Part shown: positions 20,780-31,375 of the stretch, in pieces
How the letters are laid out: every line of letters begins with the position of its first letter
How positions within the stretch are numbered: the first letter of the stretch is position 1
DNA from: Candidatus Bathyarchaeum tardum
Lineage (GTDB): Archaea; Thermoproteota; Bathyarchaeia; Bathyarchaeales; Bathyarchaeaceae
DNA length: 64,000 bases
NCBI GenBank assembly: GCA_024650005.2
Contig: CP122380.1
Span: 1,344,001 to 1,408,000, forward strand
Reading direction: 5' to 3'
The notes under the pieces: generated by a model
Told to the model about the DNA's origin: nothing
Seen by the model: the letters and a program-made list of their open reading frames with translations, nothing else
The model's database searches: none
Translations under genes and position numbers: made by a program

Positions 20780-21661
20780 TTGAACGTTCAACTTAGGTGC
20801 ATTTCTTGTATTCTTAATCGTGGGTATTTGCAGATTCAAGAATCCACGGACGATAGGACTCTTCAGTTTAAGGTTTTGTCTGAAGTTTTACGTTTCTTAA
20901 CTGAAGAATTTACTCCAACAGCTAATCCCGCAGATTTAGGCACAAAACGGGACCGCTTGATTCGAAAAATGACTAACAAGTTTGACGTTTATGAACAAAA
21001 AAAGAAAACCAGTAACCAAAAAGCCCTTGAAGTTTTGCCGGTGGCGGAATCTATTGTTTGTGAGGAAACTTCTCCTGAGTTACGGTTTAGGAAGGCTTGT
21101 CTTTCTGCTATTGTAGGCAACATCATGGAGTTTGATTTACCGGATAATCCATTCAAGTTTTCTGACCTTAAGTGTTTGATTCAACAAGCTGAAGACGACT
21201 TAGCAATCGATGATATTTCAAAGATTTTTGAGAAAGCAAAGAACTCAAAACAGATTTTGTATTTGACAGACAACGCTGGAGAAATCGCACTAGACACATT
21301 ATTGGTTAAAGAACTGAAAAATCTTGGTGCAAATGTTATTGTGGCAGTTAAGGCGGGTCCTGTTCTTAACGATGCATTATTAGACGACGCTAAAGTTGTG
21401 GGAATGGATAAAATCGCAGACAAGGTTATGGTTACTGGTGCTGAATCAGTAGGATTGTTTGTTTCTGAATGTTCCCCAGAGTTTTTAGACCTTTATCGTT
21501 CTGTTGATTTTGTTGTTGCCAAGGGCATGGGTCATGCTGAAACACTAACGGGAGTTGAGTTGCTGGTTCCTCATGCTTTGTTGTTGCGCAGTAAATGTAG
21601 CACAGTTGCTAAACATTTTGGGGTTGAAACAGGAAAAAACATAGCCAAGTTGCTCCATTAA
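20780..21661 (+). CDS. DUF89 / ARMT1-like damage-control phosphatase
   Basis: N-terminal CxxC, GNIMEF, YLTDNAGEIALD, VAKGMGHAETL. Confidence 0.9.
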   Translation: MNVQLRCISCILNRGYLQIQESTDDRTLQFKVLSEVLRFLTEEFTPTANPADLGTKRDRLIRKMTNKFDVYEQKKKTSNQKALEVLPVAESIVCEETSPELRFRKACLSAIVGNIMEFDLPDNPFKFSDLKCLIQQAEDDLAIDDISKIFEKAKNSKQILYLTDNAGEIALDTLLVKELKNLGANVIVAVKAGPVLNDALLDDAKVVGMDKIADKVMVTGAESVGLFVSECSPEFLDLYRSVDFVVAKGMGHAETLTGVELLVPHALLLRSKCSTVAKHFGVETGKNIAKLLH

Positions 21662-21663
21662 AT

Positions 21664-23778
21664 TTGTTGGATGTCATTACTTTGGGGTTACCCAAACTAA
21701 GTCTGGGACGAAACATTCTTTCAAACCTTGAGGATGCTTTAACCCGAGAATGGATATTAACCAACGGGTTAGGGGGATATGCTTCTTCAACCGTTTTGGG
21801 AGTTAACACTCGTAAATACCATGGCTTACTTGTTGCATCCTTTAATCCTCCAATAAATCGCTGGGTTACATTGTCGAAACTTGATGAAACTGTCCAGATT
21901 GGCGATAAAACATATGATTTCGGGGCAAACGAGTTCCATGGCATCATGCACCCTAAGGGCTACCTGTTTCTTTCGGACTTTTCAGTCGCACCCTTTCCAA
22001 CTTTCAGTTATTTTGTTCAAGGGGTCAGCCTCCAAAAAACAATATTTATGCCGTACCAAAAAAACGCAACCGCAGTAATCTACAAGGTTACCAACCCAAC
22101 TGACCAAAAGGTATCTGTTTTTGTTTCTCCCCTTGTTAATTCGCGTCATATCTACCAGATTACTGACAAAAACAAAATAGATTGGAATTTTATTCAAAAC
22201 AAAAATGAAAACACGGTAACCATTCAGCCATCAAACTCGGTTTCTTCTCTTATTTTATCTAGTAGTAAAGGTTCTTTTGTTGAGGAATATTGGTGGATTG
22301 AAAAACTGTTTTACAGGGTTGATTCTTCACGAAACGAAAGCAGTACAGAAGACAACTACAGACCAGGTTTTTTTCAATTTGTTGTTGAACCCAACCAAAC
22401 AAAGCATTTTCATATTCTTGCGGTGGCAGCAGAAACAACTGAACAAGCCAAGAGCCTTTTTTCATCATTTGGCAAAAAAAATGGTGATATTAATTTGTTA
22501 TATCGCCAAGAATTAAACAGACATAAAGGTTTGTTGAATACATTTCAGAAACACAATTCTAGTTTGGAACAAAAAGAATGGTTAAACTGGATTGTTCAGG
22601 CAGCTGACTCTTTTATTGTGGAACGGGCTTCAACCCAAACAAAATCGGTTATTGCAGGTTATCCATGGTTTGAAGATTGGGGTCGAGATGCTCTGATTTC
22701 TTTGCCTGGTTTGACATTGGTTACTGGAAAGTTTGATGATGCCCGAGAGATTTTGTTAACTTTTGGTCACTATTGTCGTGATGGAATTGTTCCTAACCGT
22801 TTCTCTGACAAGGCAGGAGACATTCCCCTGTATAATACGGTAGATGCAACTTTGTGGTTCTTTAATGCAGTTCTCCAGTACCTAAAATATACTGGAGATT
22901 ATGAGTTTATTAAAAAAAATCTTTGGAGCACTCTAACAAACATCATTGAGAATCATGTTAACGGAACAATCTATGGCATCAATTTGGACACAGATGGCTT
23001 GCTTGCTCACGGTTCCCAACTTACTTGGATGGATGCCGCTACTGTTGACGGTTTTGTGACGCCCCGAAAAGGGAAAGCAGTAGAAATTCAAGCCTTATGG
23101 TATAATGCCCTAAAAACAATGCAGCTTTTAGCAAGCTGGTTTAATCAGGAAGATAAACGAAAAAACTATTCAAACATGGCTCAAAACACAAAAATTAGTT
23201 TTGAAGAAAAGTTTTGGAACAAAAAAGGTGAATACCTTTTTGATGTGATAACTGAGGATAATGCAGATTCATCGTTGCGCCCTAACCAGTTAATTGCATT
23301 GTCGTTGGATTTCCCGGTTCTTGAATCTTCAAAAAGATTGCGGGTTGTTGATGTCGTCTGGAAGCGTTTGTGGGGAACTTTTGGTTTGAAAACTCTTCCT
23401 GAAACAGATTCTAGATATCATGGCGTCTATCTGGGTGATTGGTCACATCGTGATAACGCTTATCATAATGGAACAGTTTGGCCATGGCTTTTAGGTCCAT
23501 TTGTTACTGCTTTTACCAAAACTCGGGATCATCAAGCCCCTTGGCGGCGATTTGCTTTAAAGAACTTTTTAGAACCCCTGTTCCAAGATCACCTTTACCA
23601 CGCGGGTCTGGGAACAATAAGTGAAATATTTGATGGTAACGAACCCCACAAACCCCGTGGCTGTATTTCTCAAGCTTGGAGTGTAGCCGAACCCTTACGA
23701 GCATATGTTGAAGACATAGAATTTATTCGTCCAAAACATGAAAAAGAAGTTTTGGGCATGTTAGTTATCGGTAAATAA
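21664..23778 (+). CDS. Glycogen debranching enzyme (amylo-alpha-1,6-glucosidase, GH133)
   Basis: EWILTNGLGGYASST, TRKYHGLL, AGYPWFEDWGRD, LTWMDA, YHNGTVWPW, QAWSVAE. Confidence 0.93.
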   Translation: MLDVITLGLPKLSLGRNILSNLEDALTREWILTNGLGGYASSTVLGVNTRKYHGLLVASFNPPINRWVTLSKLDETVQIGDKTYDFGANEFHGIMHPKGYLFLSDFSVAPFPTFSYFVQGVSLQKTIFMPYQKNATAVIYKVTNPTDQKVSVFVSPLVNSRHIYQITDKNKIDWNFIQNKNENTVTIQPSNSVSSLILSSSKGSFVEEYWWIEKLFYRVDSSRNESSTEDNYRPGFFQFVVEPNQTKHFHILAVAAETTEQAKSLFSSFGKKNGDINLLYRQELNRHKGLLNTFQKHNSSLEQKEWLNWIVQAADSFIVERASTQTKSVIAGYPWFEDWGRDALISLPGLTLVTGKFDDAREILLTFGHYCRDGIVPNRFSDKAGDIPLYNTVDATLWFFNAVLQYLKYTGDYEFIKKNLWSTLTNIIENHVNGTIYGINLDTDGLLAHGSQLTWMDAATVDGFVTPRKGKAVEIQALWYNALKTMQLLASWFNQEDKRKNYSNMAQNTKISFEEKFWNKKGEYLFDVITEDNADSSLRPNQLIALSLDFPVLESSKRLRVVDVVWKRLWGTFGLKTLPETDSRYHGVYLGDWSHRDNAYHNGTVWPWLLGPFVTAFTKTRDHQAPWRRFALKNFLEPLFQDHLYHAGLGTISEIFDGNEPHKPRGCISQAWSVAEPLRAYVEDIEFIRPKHEKEVLGMLVIGK

Positions 23779-23804
23779 AAATCATCTTAGTTTGTTGTTT
23801 TTAA

Positions 23805-24890
23805 TTAAATTTGTATTTCGCCGTTTTGTTTCATAATTAATGTTGAAGCTTCCTCGATGCTGATTTCTTTTTTTATAACTTTTTTCCAAAGACCATATAG
23901 ACTCTGGGTGGTCATGAAAACGGTGTTGTTTGTTTCAAAGAAAAGTTTAGCGACAGGACCAATTTGGGGTTGGTTTTTTCTGTTTTCGAGGGGCTGATCT
24001 TTGTATGTATTTGCTACAACTAGGTTTTTTGTTTTATATCTCTGGTTCTCAATTAACGTGATTGCTCGGTTAACTTTTGGGTCATTTATTTCAACTTGTC
24101 CTTTTGACGAAATTACCTGAACCTGAACGCCATTTGGGTTTGGTATGTCGTAAATGGTGGTGGCGGGTATTCCAATTTCTTCTAGAATTAGAAAAACGGT
24201 GCCAGTAATTTTTCTGTCATCTGAGGAAAACAAGTTACGGTGATCTTTAGTTGTTTCTTCTTCAATTTTTTGTTCAAATACTTGAGGTTCAATCTGATTT
24301 TGCTCAGGGCAATTATTTGTTTGGTTTTTTGTTGATAGGTTGATTAGTAATCCTATTGCATCCAGGTGGTTTGATTTTGTTGGTTTGGGCAGAAAATGGA
24401 TTTTTCCTCGGTCTAACATTGTTATTGTTGCTGCTATTGGGTTGTTTTCTTTGTTTGTGGCGATGGCGTCAAAACAGATGTTATCGGTGTCTTGCCAATG
24501 GAGTTCGTTGTCCCATTGAAGCACATTTTTGAAATATTCAGCAAAGTTTTCGTCTATTATGTTAATTGTTTTTCCGAGCAACATAGGGTTAACAGTTAGT
24601 TTTTGTGGAAACGGCATCCATGCAAAGTTTAAAGGGATTTCTTTAAACAAAATATTGAAGGGTTTATCCATTATACAAAAAATTTTTTTGTAGTCTCTCA
24701 TGAAAATTCGTGACGTTCTTTTGAGGATTCCAATGTTGGTAAACAACGTTCGTGGATAATCTTTAGGAAAATAAGTCAAATCAATAATTATACAATCATA
24801 TTTTTCTAGGTTATCACCAAAGGGTTTTGTCCACTCGATAATGTCTGCTTGCTCATGAGGTGTAGAACCGATAAGCAGTATTTTTTTCAC
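23805..24890 (-). CDS. Hypothetical protein
   Basis: 361-aa ORF filling the gap between two plus-strand genes; no confident family. Confidence 0.7.
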   Translation of the reverse strand: MKKILLIGSTPHEQADIIEWTKPFGDNLEKYDCIIIDLTYFPKDYPRTLFTNIGILKRTSRIFMRDYKKIFCIMDKPFNILFKEIPLNFAWMPFPQKLTVNPMLLGKTINIIDENFAEYFKNVLQWDNELHWQDTDNICFDAIATNKENNPIAATITMLDRGKIHFLPKPTKSNHLDAIGLLINLSTKNQTNNCPEQNQIEPQVFEQKIEEETTKDHRNLFSSDDRKITGTVFLILEEIGIPATTIYDIPNPNGVQVQVISSKGQVEINDPKVNRAITLIENQRYKTKNLVVANTYKDQPLENRKNQPQIGPVAKLFFETNNTVFMTTQSLYGLWKKVIKKEISIEEASTLIMKQNGEIQI

Positions 24891-25053
24891 GAGCAGTTTA
24901 ACTCCTTTTCTTGTTTTAAGATCAATAACTAGTTTTGGTTTTTATAAATTTGGGAAAAACTCAAACATTAATGAGCTTATTTTTTGATTAATCCTAAAAA
25001 TTAGGTTAACTTGGTGAAGTTACCCAAAAATTATATTCTTTAACTTCAAATAT

Positions 25054-25854
25054 TTGATGAAAGGTGAAAATTTAATGAAAATTTCTCGCTTACTGGTCAT
25101 TGTTTCTTGTTTGTGTCTTCTTGGTTACATATACAACGGAGTTGTCTTCGGGCTATCTTCAGATGACGCAAGTGTAACCGTTAATTTTTCAGATGAAACT
25201 CCATCCCAAGGCAGTGCTGTCATTGTTACTGTAACGTTAACAAATCTAGGCTCAAACAAGTTAGAAGTTTATTATTTTGGTCTTAATTTTGATTGGATGG
25301 AAAAAGAACAGTTTGCTGGTCACGACTTGTCAGATAACCCTGCAATTGTTTCTGCAGGTGGAACTTACACTTTTTCGCCAGTAACCTTACAAATTCCCTC
25401 AAATGCATCCGTTGGAGCCCACAGTTACTTTGTTGGAATAGACGGATACGAAGGTGAAACAGAAATTTTTTCATGGGATTCCCCAACTAAAGTAATAGTT
25501 ATTCAGGACTCATGGAAAAAAATATACAATGACCTAGTCGACCAAACAGCCAACAACATAACAATAGCTGAAAATACACAATATAAAAGCCCAGTAGCTC
25601 AATCCTATTTGGAACAGGCACAAAAAGCATATTCTACCGCGTTAGACTATGCATCTCAAGAAAGCTATGAAAACGCCATTTCTTCCCTGCAAAGTGCTTC
25701 TATTTATCTAGAACAAGCCGAAACCGAGGAAGAAACTTATGTTGAACCCGAACCGCAACAAGATTTAAGCTTGATTATTATCGGTTTGTCCGTAGCTGCA
25801 GTATTAATCATTGTGGTGGTACTTATCTTACTACGAAGAAAACCAAAAACATAA
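25054..25854 (+). CDS. Secreted, C-terminally membrane-anchored protein with an Ig-like domain
   Basis: Signal peptide, beta-sandwich-like region, helical stalk, C-terminal TM followed by RRKPK. Confidence 0.72.
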   Translation: MMKGENLMKISRLLVIVSCLCLLGYIYNGVVFGLSSDDASVTVNFSDETPSQGSAVIVTVTLTNLGSNKLEVYYFGLNFDWMEKEQFAGHDLSDNPAIVSAGGTYTFSPVTLQIPSNASVGAHSYFVGIDGYEGETEIFSWDSPTKVIVIQDSWKKIYNDLVDQTANNITIAENTQYKSPVAQSYLEQAQKAYSTALDYASQESYENAISSLQSASIYLEQAETEEETYVEPEPQQDLSLIIIGLSVAAVLIIVVVLILLRRKPKT

Positions 25855-26114
25855 TCACTCATGACGTTTACCAAAAAAACTCATTTTTTGAGCGCCCATT
25901 TTTTCACATTTTTTAACATATTAATATTCTAAGCGTAGTGTCCCATTAAGAAAACCAGTTTTTTTAAAAAAATCAACCCAAAAACATGCAGAGTTAATAG
26001 ACCACAAACATATTAGAATCTGCAGAAAGAGATAACTTATGTTGTTGAACAAGAACTTATTAAAAGGGATGTTGGTTTTGTTTTTGTGTCTTTGTTTGTG
26101 TTTTGTGGTTAACT

Positions 26115-27713
26115 ATGACTGATGTTTGTTTAATGTTTGAAGTTCATCAGCCGTTCCGGTTGAACAGAAGCTTTCATTCTGATTTGCTTGCTAAAGGTAA
26201 AGCTACCAAACAAGACCTTTTTGATTTGTACTTTGATAACAGTTTAAACCGTTACGTTTTCGAACGTGCCGCAAGAAAATGCTACCTGCCCTCAAACAAA
26301 ATTATTCTTGAACAAATTAACAAAACCAAAGACGCTGGTAAACCTTTCAAGGTAGCATTTGGCTTATCTGGAGTGTTTCTTGAACAATGCGAATTATACG
26401 AACCTGAAATTATTGAATCTTTCAGAAAGCTTGCACAAACAGATTGTGTAGAATTCATGGATGAAACTTATTTTCATTCCCTATCTAGCCTATTTGACAA
26501 TGACCGTTCAGAATTTATTGAACAAATCAAAATGCACCGAAAACTCATGACTGAACTGATTGGTTACACGCCAACTTTTATTGAAAACACTGAATTATTG
26601 TACAATAATTCTATCGCAAAAACAATGGAAACAATGGGTTACCAAGGAACAGTAACCGAAGGCGTCCAGCAAACCCTGGGAGGAAGAAACCCAAATTATG
26701 TTTACAAAGCTAAAGACTCTGAGCTTCGAGTTTTACTGCGCAATTATAATCTTTCTGATGATATAGGTTTTCGGTTTTCTTCTCACTGGTGGAATGAATA
26801 TCCCTTAACTGCCACAAAATATGCCCAATGGCTCGCTGGAACACAAGGACAGGTTATAGTAATTTTTGTGGACTACGAAACTTTCGGGGAACACCACTGG
26901 CCAGAAACTGGAATTCATGAGTTTTTGAAAGCTTTGCCCCATGAAGTAAATAAATGGCATCATCTGAATTGGAGAACCCCAACAGAAGTCATTGAACGGC
27001 ATGAGCCAGTTGGAGAAGTGGACATCCATGAATACAACACAGTTTCGTGGGCAGACATAGAACGAGACACGAGTGCATGGATTGGAAATCCCATTCAAAA
27101 CATTTGTTATGAATCTTTAAAAGAACTTGAACCTTTAATCAAAGGAATTGGAGATAAAGAATTAATCTGGTTATGGCGTTACCTCCAACAAAGTGACCAT
27201 TTGTATTACATGTCCATGAAAGGTGGAGGACCCGGAGATGTACATAATTATTTCAGTTCCATGGGCAGCCCGGTAGAGGCTTTTGCAGTTTACTCTAGAA
27301 TTCTGTCCGACCTGGAAGCAAGAGTCCGCCTAGAACTAGAAAAGCCTGAATTGGCCGCAAAAATGCTTCTACGACGACTGCCGTCAGGCATGGGATTTAC
27401 CTTTTCTTACGAGTTCCCATTATCTTCGGGATTGACTGTGCAAAGTGTTCAAAAATTTTATTCTGAATTAAAAACAATAAACGTGCGTGCCATTGAATTT
27501 CATATGGAACAAGGAGACTTCGAACGCTGGATAAGTCAAGTGGTCGGAGATGACAAGTTAGCGTCTCAGATACAACGGATCAGTGAATCAAAGAAAAAAT
27601 TGAAAGGTGAACCGTTGCGCAAAAAACTTTTGAATGTTCTTGAGAAGAGATTAAATGAACTGAACAATATTACAGTTCCAAAATCTGCAACCTTAAAGAA
27701 GCAGAAAAAATGA
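26115..27713 (+). CDS. GH57 alpha-amylase with C-terminal DUF5752-like domain
   Basis: FEVHQP, ETYFHSL, NTEL, SDDIGFRF, DYETFGEH, SDHLYYM; C-terminal IEFHM..GDFERWI..GD..LA. Confidence 0.9.
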   Translation: MTDVCLMFEVHQPFRLNRSFHSDLLAKGKATKQDLFDLYFDNSLNRYVFERAARKCYLPSNKIILEQINKTKDAGKPFKVAFGLSGVFLEQCELYEPEIIESFRKLAQTDCVEFMDETYFHSLSSLFDNDRSEFIEQIKMHRKLMTELIGYTPTFIENTELLYNNSIAKTMETMGYQGTVTEGVQQTLGGRNPNYVYKAKDSELRVLLRNYNLSDDIGFRFSSHWWNEYPLTATKYAQWLAGTQGQVIVIFVDYETFGEHHWPETGIHEFLKALPHEVNKWHHLNWRTPTEVIERHEPVGEVDIHEYNTVSWADIERDTSAWIGNPIQNICYESLKELEPLIKGIGDKELIWLWRYLQQSDHLYYMSMKGGGPGDVHNYFSSMGSPVEAFAVYSRILSDLEARVRLELEKPELAAKMLLRRLPSGMGFTFSYEFPLSSGLTVQSVQKFYSELKTINVRAIEFHMEQGDFERWISQVVGDDKLASQIQRISESKKKLKGEPLRKKLLNVLEKRLNELNNITVPKSATLKKQKK

Positions 27714-27757
27714 GTATAATACAACTTTACACTAATTGTAGGTGCACGTGAGAGAAA

Positions 27758-29524
27758 ATGCTCAGAGACCCCGTTTGTGGAATGCCTTTAACAGAACCCA
27801 AAGAAGAATTCAAAGCTGAAGTACGGGGAAAAACATACTATTTTTGTGGAGAATACTGTAAACGATCCTTTTTGCGGGGAAAAAAGATTGCCTATTTTTC
27901 AATGGAAATAGGGTTAGAAAACAACATTCCCACATACAGTGGAGGTTTAGGTGTACTAGCTGGCGACGTTATCAAATCAAGTGCAGACCTTAAGATTCCC
28001 CTTGTTGGAGTAACTCTTGTTAGCCGAAAAGGATACCTGAAACAGGAACTCAATGATGGGAAACAAATTGAACATTATGACGTTTGGGATCCTTCGGGGG
28101 CAATGAACGAGTTACCTAACCAAGTCGAACTACAAATTCAAAACCGAACAGTCAAAGTAAAAGCTTGGATGTACGATTACCAAAGCCCTTCAGGAGGTTT
28201 AGTATCTGTTCTGTTTCTTGATACAAATGTTGAAGGCAATTCTGTTGAAGACCGAGAAATTACCTCGGTTCTGTATGGGGGTGACCGAGAATACCGCCTT
28301 AAACAAGAAATCGTTTTGGGTGTTGGCGGCGTTAAAATCTTAGATGCAGCAGGATTTAACATTGGAAAATATCACATGAATGAAGGGCATTCGAGTTTTT
28401 TGACGTTACAGTTGCTTGCAGAAAATGGCAAAGACATCGATAACGTCCGTGATCTTTGCATATTTACCACTCATACTCCTGTGGAAGCAGGACATGACAA
28501 GTTCTCTTATGAGCTAGTTCAAAACATGTTAGGCGACTTGGTTTCTTTGGAAACTTTAATGAAATTAGGTGGTGACGACCAACTTAACATGACTCGTTTA
28601 GCCCTTAATACTAGTAAATACGTGAACGGAGTCGCAAAACGGCACAAAGAATTTTCATTAACACTTTTTCCAGGCTATAATATTTCAGCGATTACTAATG
28701 GTGTTCATTCTTTTAGTTGGACCTGCAAATGCTTCAGAGTCCTTCTTGATAAATATTTACCAGGCTGGGCAAACGAACCCGAATTGTTGGTCAGGATTGA
28801 CAGTATCCCTGATGAAGAGGTCTGGCGTGCCCACATGGAAGCAAAAGAAAATTTGATACGATATGTCCGTGAAAAGTCCGGTGTGCAGTTGGCTGCTGAT
28901 GTTCTTACTTTAGGTTTTGCACGAAGATTTACGGGATACAAAAGGGCAACTTTGTTGTTTTCTAACCTGAAACGGTTGGAAGAAATCAACAAGAAAGGAA
29001 AGATTCAGGTAGTTTTTGCAGGTAAAGCACATCCAAAAGATTGGATGGGAAAACGGTTAATTGAAGAAATTAATGAATTACAAGAAAAACTAAGGGACAC
29101 GATGAAAATCGTTTATCTTGAAAACTATGGTCTTGAAATGGCATCATTGTATACATCAGGCGTGGATGTTTGGTTGAACACTCCAATACCGCCTTTTGAA
29201 GCTTCAGGTACAAGTGGAATGAAGGCTGCCCACAATGGGGTAATCAACTTTAGTGTTTTGGATGGATGGTGGATAGAAGGCTGCATCGAAGGCGTTACAG
29301 GTTGGGCTATTGGACCATCACCAAAAGAAGAGATGGAAGACGCAGAACGAAGGCGTTTAGAGATTACTCAACTTTATGATAAACTTGATTACCTGATTAT
29401 TCCAACTTTTTACAAAAATCGGGATGATTGGATAAAATTAATGAAGAATTCAATCGGGAAAGTCGCCTACTACTTTAATAGTCACCGTATGATGCGTAGA
29501 TACGCATCAGAAGCATATTTATAA
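27758..29524 (+). CDS. glgP: Alpha-glucan phosphorylase (GT35) with N-terminal YHS/TRASH domain
   Basis: AYFSMEIG, YSGGLGVLAGD, HMNEGH, FARRFTGYKR, EASGTSGMKAAHNG; N-terminal DPVCGM...YYFCGEYC. Confidence 0.93.
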   Translation: MLRDPVCGMPLTEPKEEFKAEVRGKTYYFCGEYCKRSFLRGKKIAYFSMEIGLENNIPTYSGGLGVLAGDVIKSSADLKIPLVGVTLVSRKGYLKQELNDGKQIEHYDVWDPSGAMNELPNQVELQIQNRTVKVKAWMYDYQSPSGGLVSVLFLDTNVEGNSVEDREITSVLYGGDREYRLKQEIVLGVGGVKILDAAGFNIGKYHMNEGHSSFLTLQLLAENGKDIDNVRDLCIFTTHTPVEAGHDKFSYELVQNMLGDLVSLETLMKLGGDDQLNMTRLALNTSKYVNGVAKRHKEFSLTLFPGYNISAITNGVHSFSWTCKCFRVLLDKYLPGWANEPELLVRIDSIPDEEVWRAHMEAKENLIRYVREKSGVQLAADVLTLGFARRFTGYKRATLLFSNLKRLEEINKKGKIQVVFAGKAHPKDWMGKRLIEEINELQEKLRDTMKIVYLENYGLEMASLYTSGVDVWLNTPIPPFEASGTSGMKAAHNGVINFSVLDGWWIEGCIEGVTGWAIGPSPKEEMEDAERRRLEITQLYDKLDYLIIPTFYKNRDDWIKLMKNSIGKVAYYFNSHRMMRRYASEAYL

Positions 29525-29680
29525 AAGAAAAATACTGCACCATTATAATTTTTTTGTTTAGTTTATATTAAATAACTCAGTTTTGACGTACATTCAATTG
29601 TTTAATGTCATCTCTTTGTGTTGACAGTATTTTTGTGGTGATTGTTTTTGAACCGAAGGTTTTATATGAAACATAATACA

Positions 29681-29698
29681 TATGAAGAATTATTCATA
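29681..29698. promoter_or_regulatory. ArsR/SmtB-type operator palindrome upstream of hcp
   Basis: TATGAAGAATTATTCATA (16/18 symmetric), just downstream of a TATA-like TTTTATAT at 29660-29667. Confidence 0.6.
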
Positions 29699-29714
29699 AA
29701 ATTGTGTGAGTAAA

Positions 29715-31355
29715 ATGTCAAACCAAAAAATGTTTTGTTACCAATGCGAACAAACCGCCAACGAAAAAGGCTGCACACAGCATGGCGTTTGTGGAAAAAG
29801 TCCTGAGGTAGCAGCCCTCCAAGACCTTTTAATCTATGCTTTAAAGGGTCTCTCACAAGTTGCACTTGAGGCAAAAAAACAAAAATTACCAACCGACACT
29901 GCAGACTCATTCACTTGTAAAGCACTTTTTTCTACCCTAACAAACGTAAATTTTGATTCTACCCGTTTTCTAACCTTGATCAAAAAAACTACGAAAATAC
30001 GTGATGACCTAAAACAAGAACTAAAAAACATAGGATTAACAATTTCTTATGAAGGACCCGCAAATTTTGTTCCAAAAAACACTGTAGCGGAACTAGTTGA
30101 ACAAGGTAAATTAGTTGGAGTACAATCTGACCCAACAACCAATCCTGATATTCAATCTCTTAGACAAATTCTAACTTACGGAATCAAAGGAGTAGCAGCA
30201 TACGCTGATCATGCCCTAATTCTTGGACAAAAAGACCCTGAAGTTTTCACTTTCATTTACGAGGCACTTGTTGCTACTTTAGATGACTCTCTAACGGTTG
30301 ATGATCTTGTTGGGTTGGTTTTAAAATGTGGAAAAATTAACTTACGAGCAATGGAACTTTTAGATGCAGGGAATACAGGAACTTATGGTCATCCTGTTCC
30401 GACAAAAGTTCCCCTTGGAACAAAAAAGGGCAAAGCAATTCTCGTTTCGGGTCATGATCTGAAAGATTTAGAAGAAATTCTCAAACAAACTGAAGGTAAA
30501 GGAATCTACGTTTATACCCATGGCGAAATGCTTCCTGCACACGGTTATCCTGAACTAAAGAAGTATTCACATTTCCATGGTCATTATGGAACCGCATGGC
30601 AAAACCAGCAAAAAGAATTCAAAACATTCCCAGGTGCAATCTTGATGACAACAAACTGTCTTCAACGTCCCGCACAGAGTTATGCCGATAATATTTTCAC
30701 AACGGGTCTAGTTGGATGGGAAAATGTAACCCATATTGCAGACAAAGACTTCAGTTCAGTAATCGAAAAAGCTCTGGAAATGGATGGGTTCCAAGAAGAC
30801 ACAAATGGAAAAAGTGTAACGGTTGGATTTGCACGCAATACCATCCTAAGTGTAGCAGACAAGGTTGTTGACGCAGTTAAAACCAAAAAACTTCGCCACA
30901 TTCTACTCGTTGGAGGGTGTGACGGCGCAAAACCTGGACGGAACTACTTCACTGAACTGGTTGAAATGACTCCTCCTGACACAATTGTTCTAACCTTAGC
31001 GTGTGGAAAATTCAGGTTCTTTGACAAAGACTTAGGCACTCTAGGTGACTTGCCCCGACTGTTGGATGTGGGACAATGCAACGATGCTTATTCTGCAATA
31101 AAAGTTGCCGTAGCCCTTGCTGATGTTTTTGGCGTGGGCGTTAATGAACTCCCACTGTCATTGGTGTTATCATGGTATGAACAAAAAGCCGTTGCAATAC
31201 TGTTGACTTTGCTGTATCTGGGAATTAAGAACATTCGTTTAGGTCCCAGTTTACCTGCTTTTGTTTCTCCTAATGTCTTGGATGTTCTGGTTAAAAACTT
31301 CAACATAATGCCAATAACAACTGCAGAGAAAGACCTTAAAGCAATATTAGGATAA
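29715..31355 (+). CDS. hcp: Hybrid cluster protein (hydroxylamine/NO reductase), class I
   Basis: MFCYQCEQT with CX2CX8CX5C, YTHGEMLPAHGYP, GGCDGA, GQCNDAY, SWYEQKA. Confidence 0.96.
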   Translation: MSNQKMFCYQCEQTANEKGCTQHGVCGKSPEVAALQDLLIYALKGLSQVALEAKKQKLPTDTADSFTCKALFSTLTNVNFDSTRFLTLIKKTTKIRDDLKQELKNIGLTISYEGPANFVPKNTVAELVEQGKLVGVQSDPTTNPDIQSLRQILTYGIKGVAAYADHALILGQKDPEVFTFIYEALVATLDDSLTVDDLVGLVLKCGKINLRAMELLDAGNTGTYGHPVPTKVPLGTKKGKAILVSGHDLKDLEEILKQTEGKGIYVYTHGEMLPAHGYPELKKYSHFHGHYGTAWQNQQKEFKTFPGAILMTTNCLQRPAQSYADNIFTTGLVGWENVTHIADKDFSSVIEKALEMDGFQEDTNGKSVTVGFARNTILSVADKVVDAVKTKKLRHILLVGGCDGAKPGRNYFTELVEMTPPDTIVLTLACGKFRFFDKDLGTLGDLPRLLDVGQCNDAYSAIKVAVALADVFGVGVNELPLSLVLSWYEQKAVAILLTLLYLGIKNIRLGPSLPAFVSPNVLDVLVKNFNIMPITTAEKDLKAILG

Positions 31356-31375
31356 GAAAAGAAGTCGGATTAACA

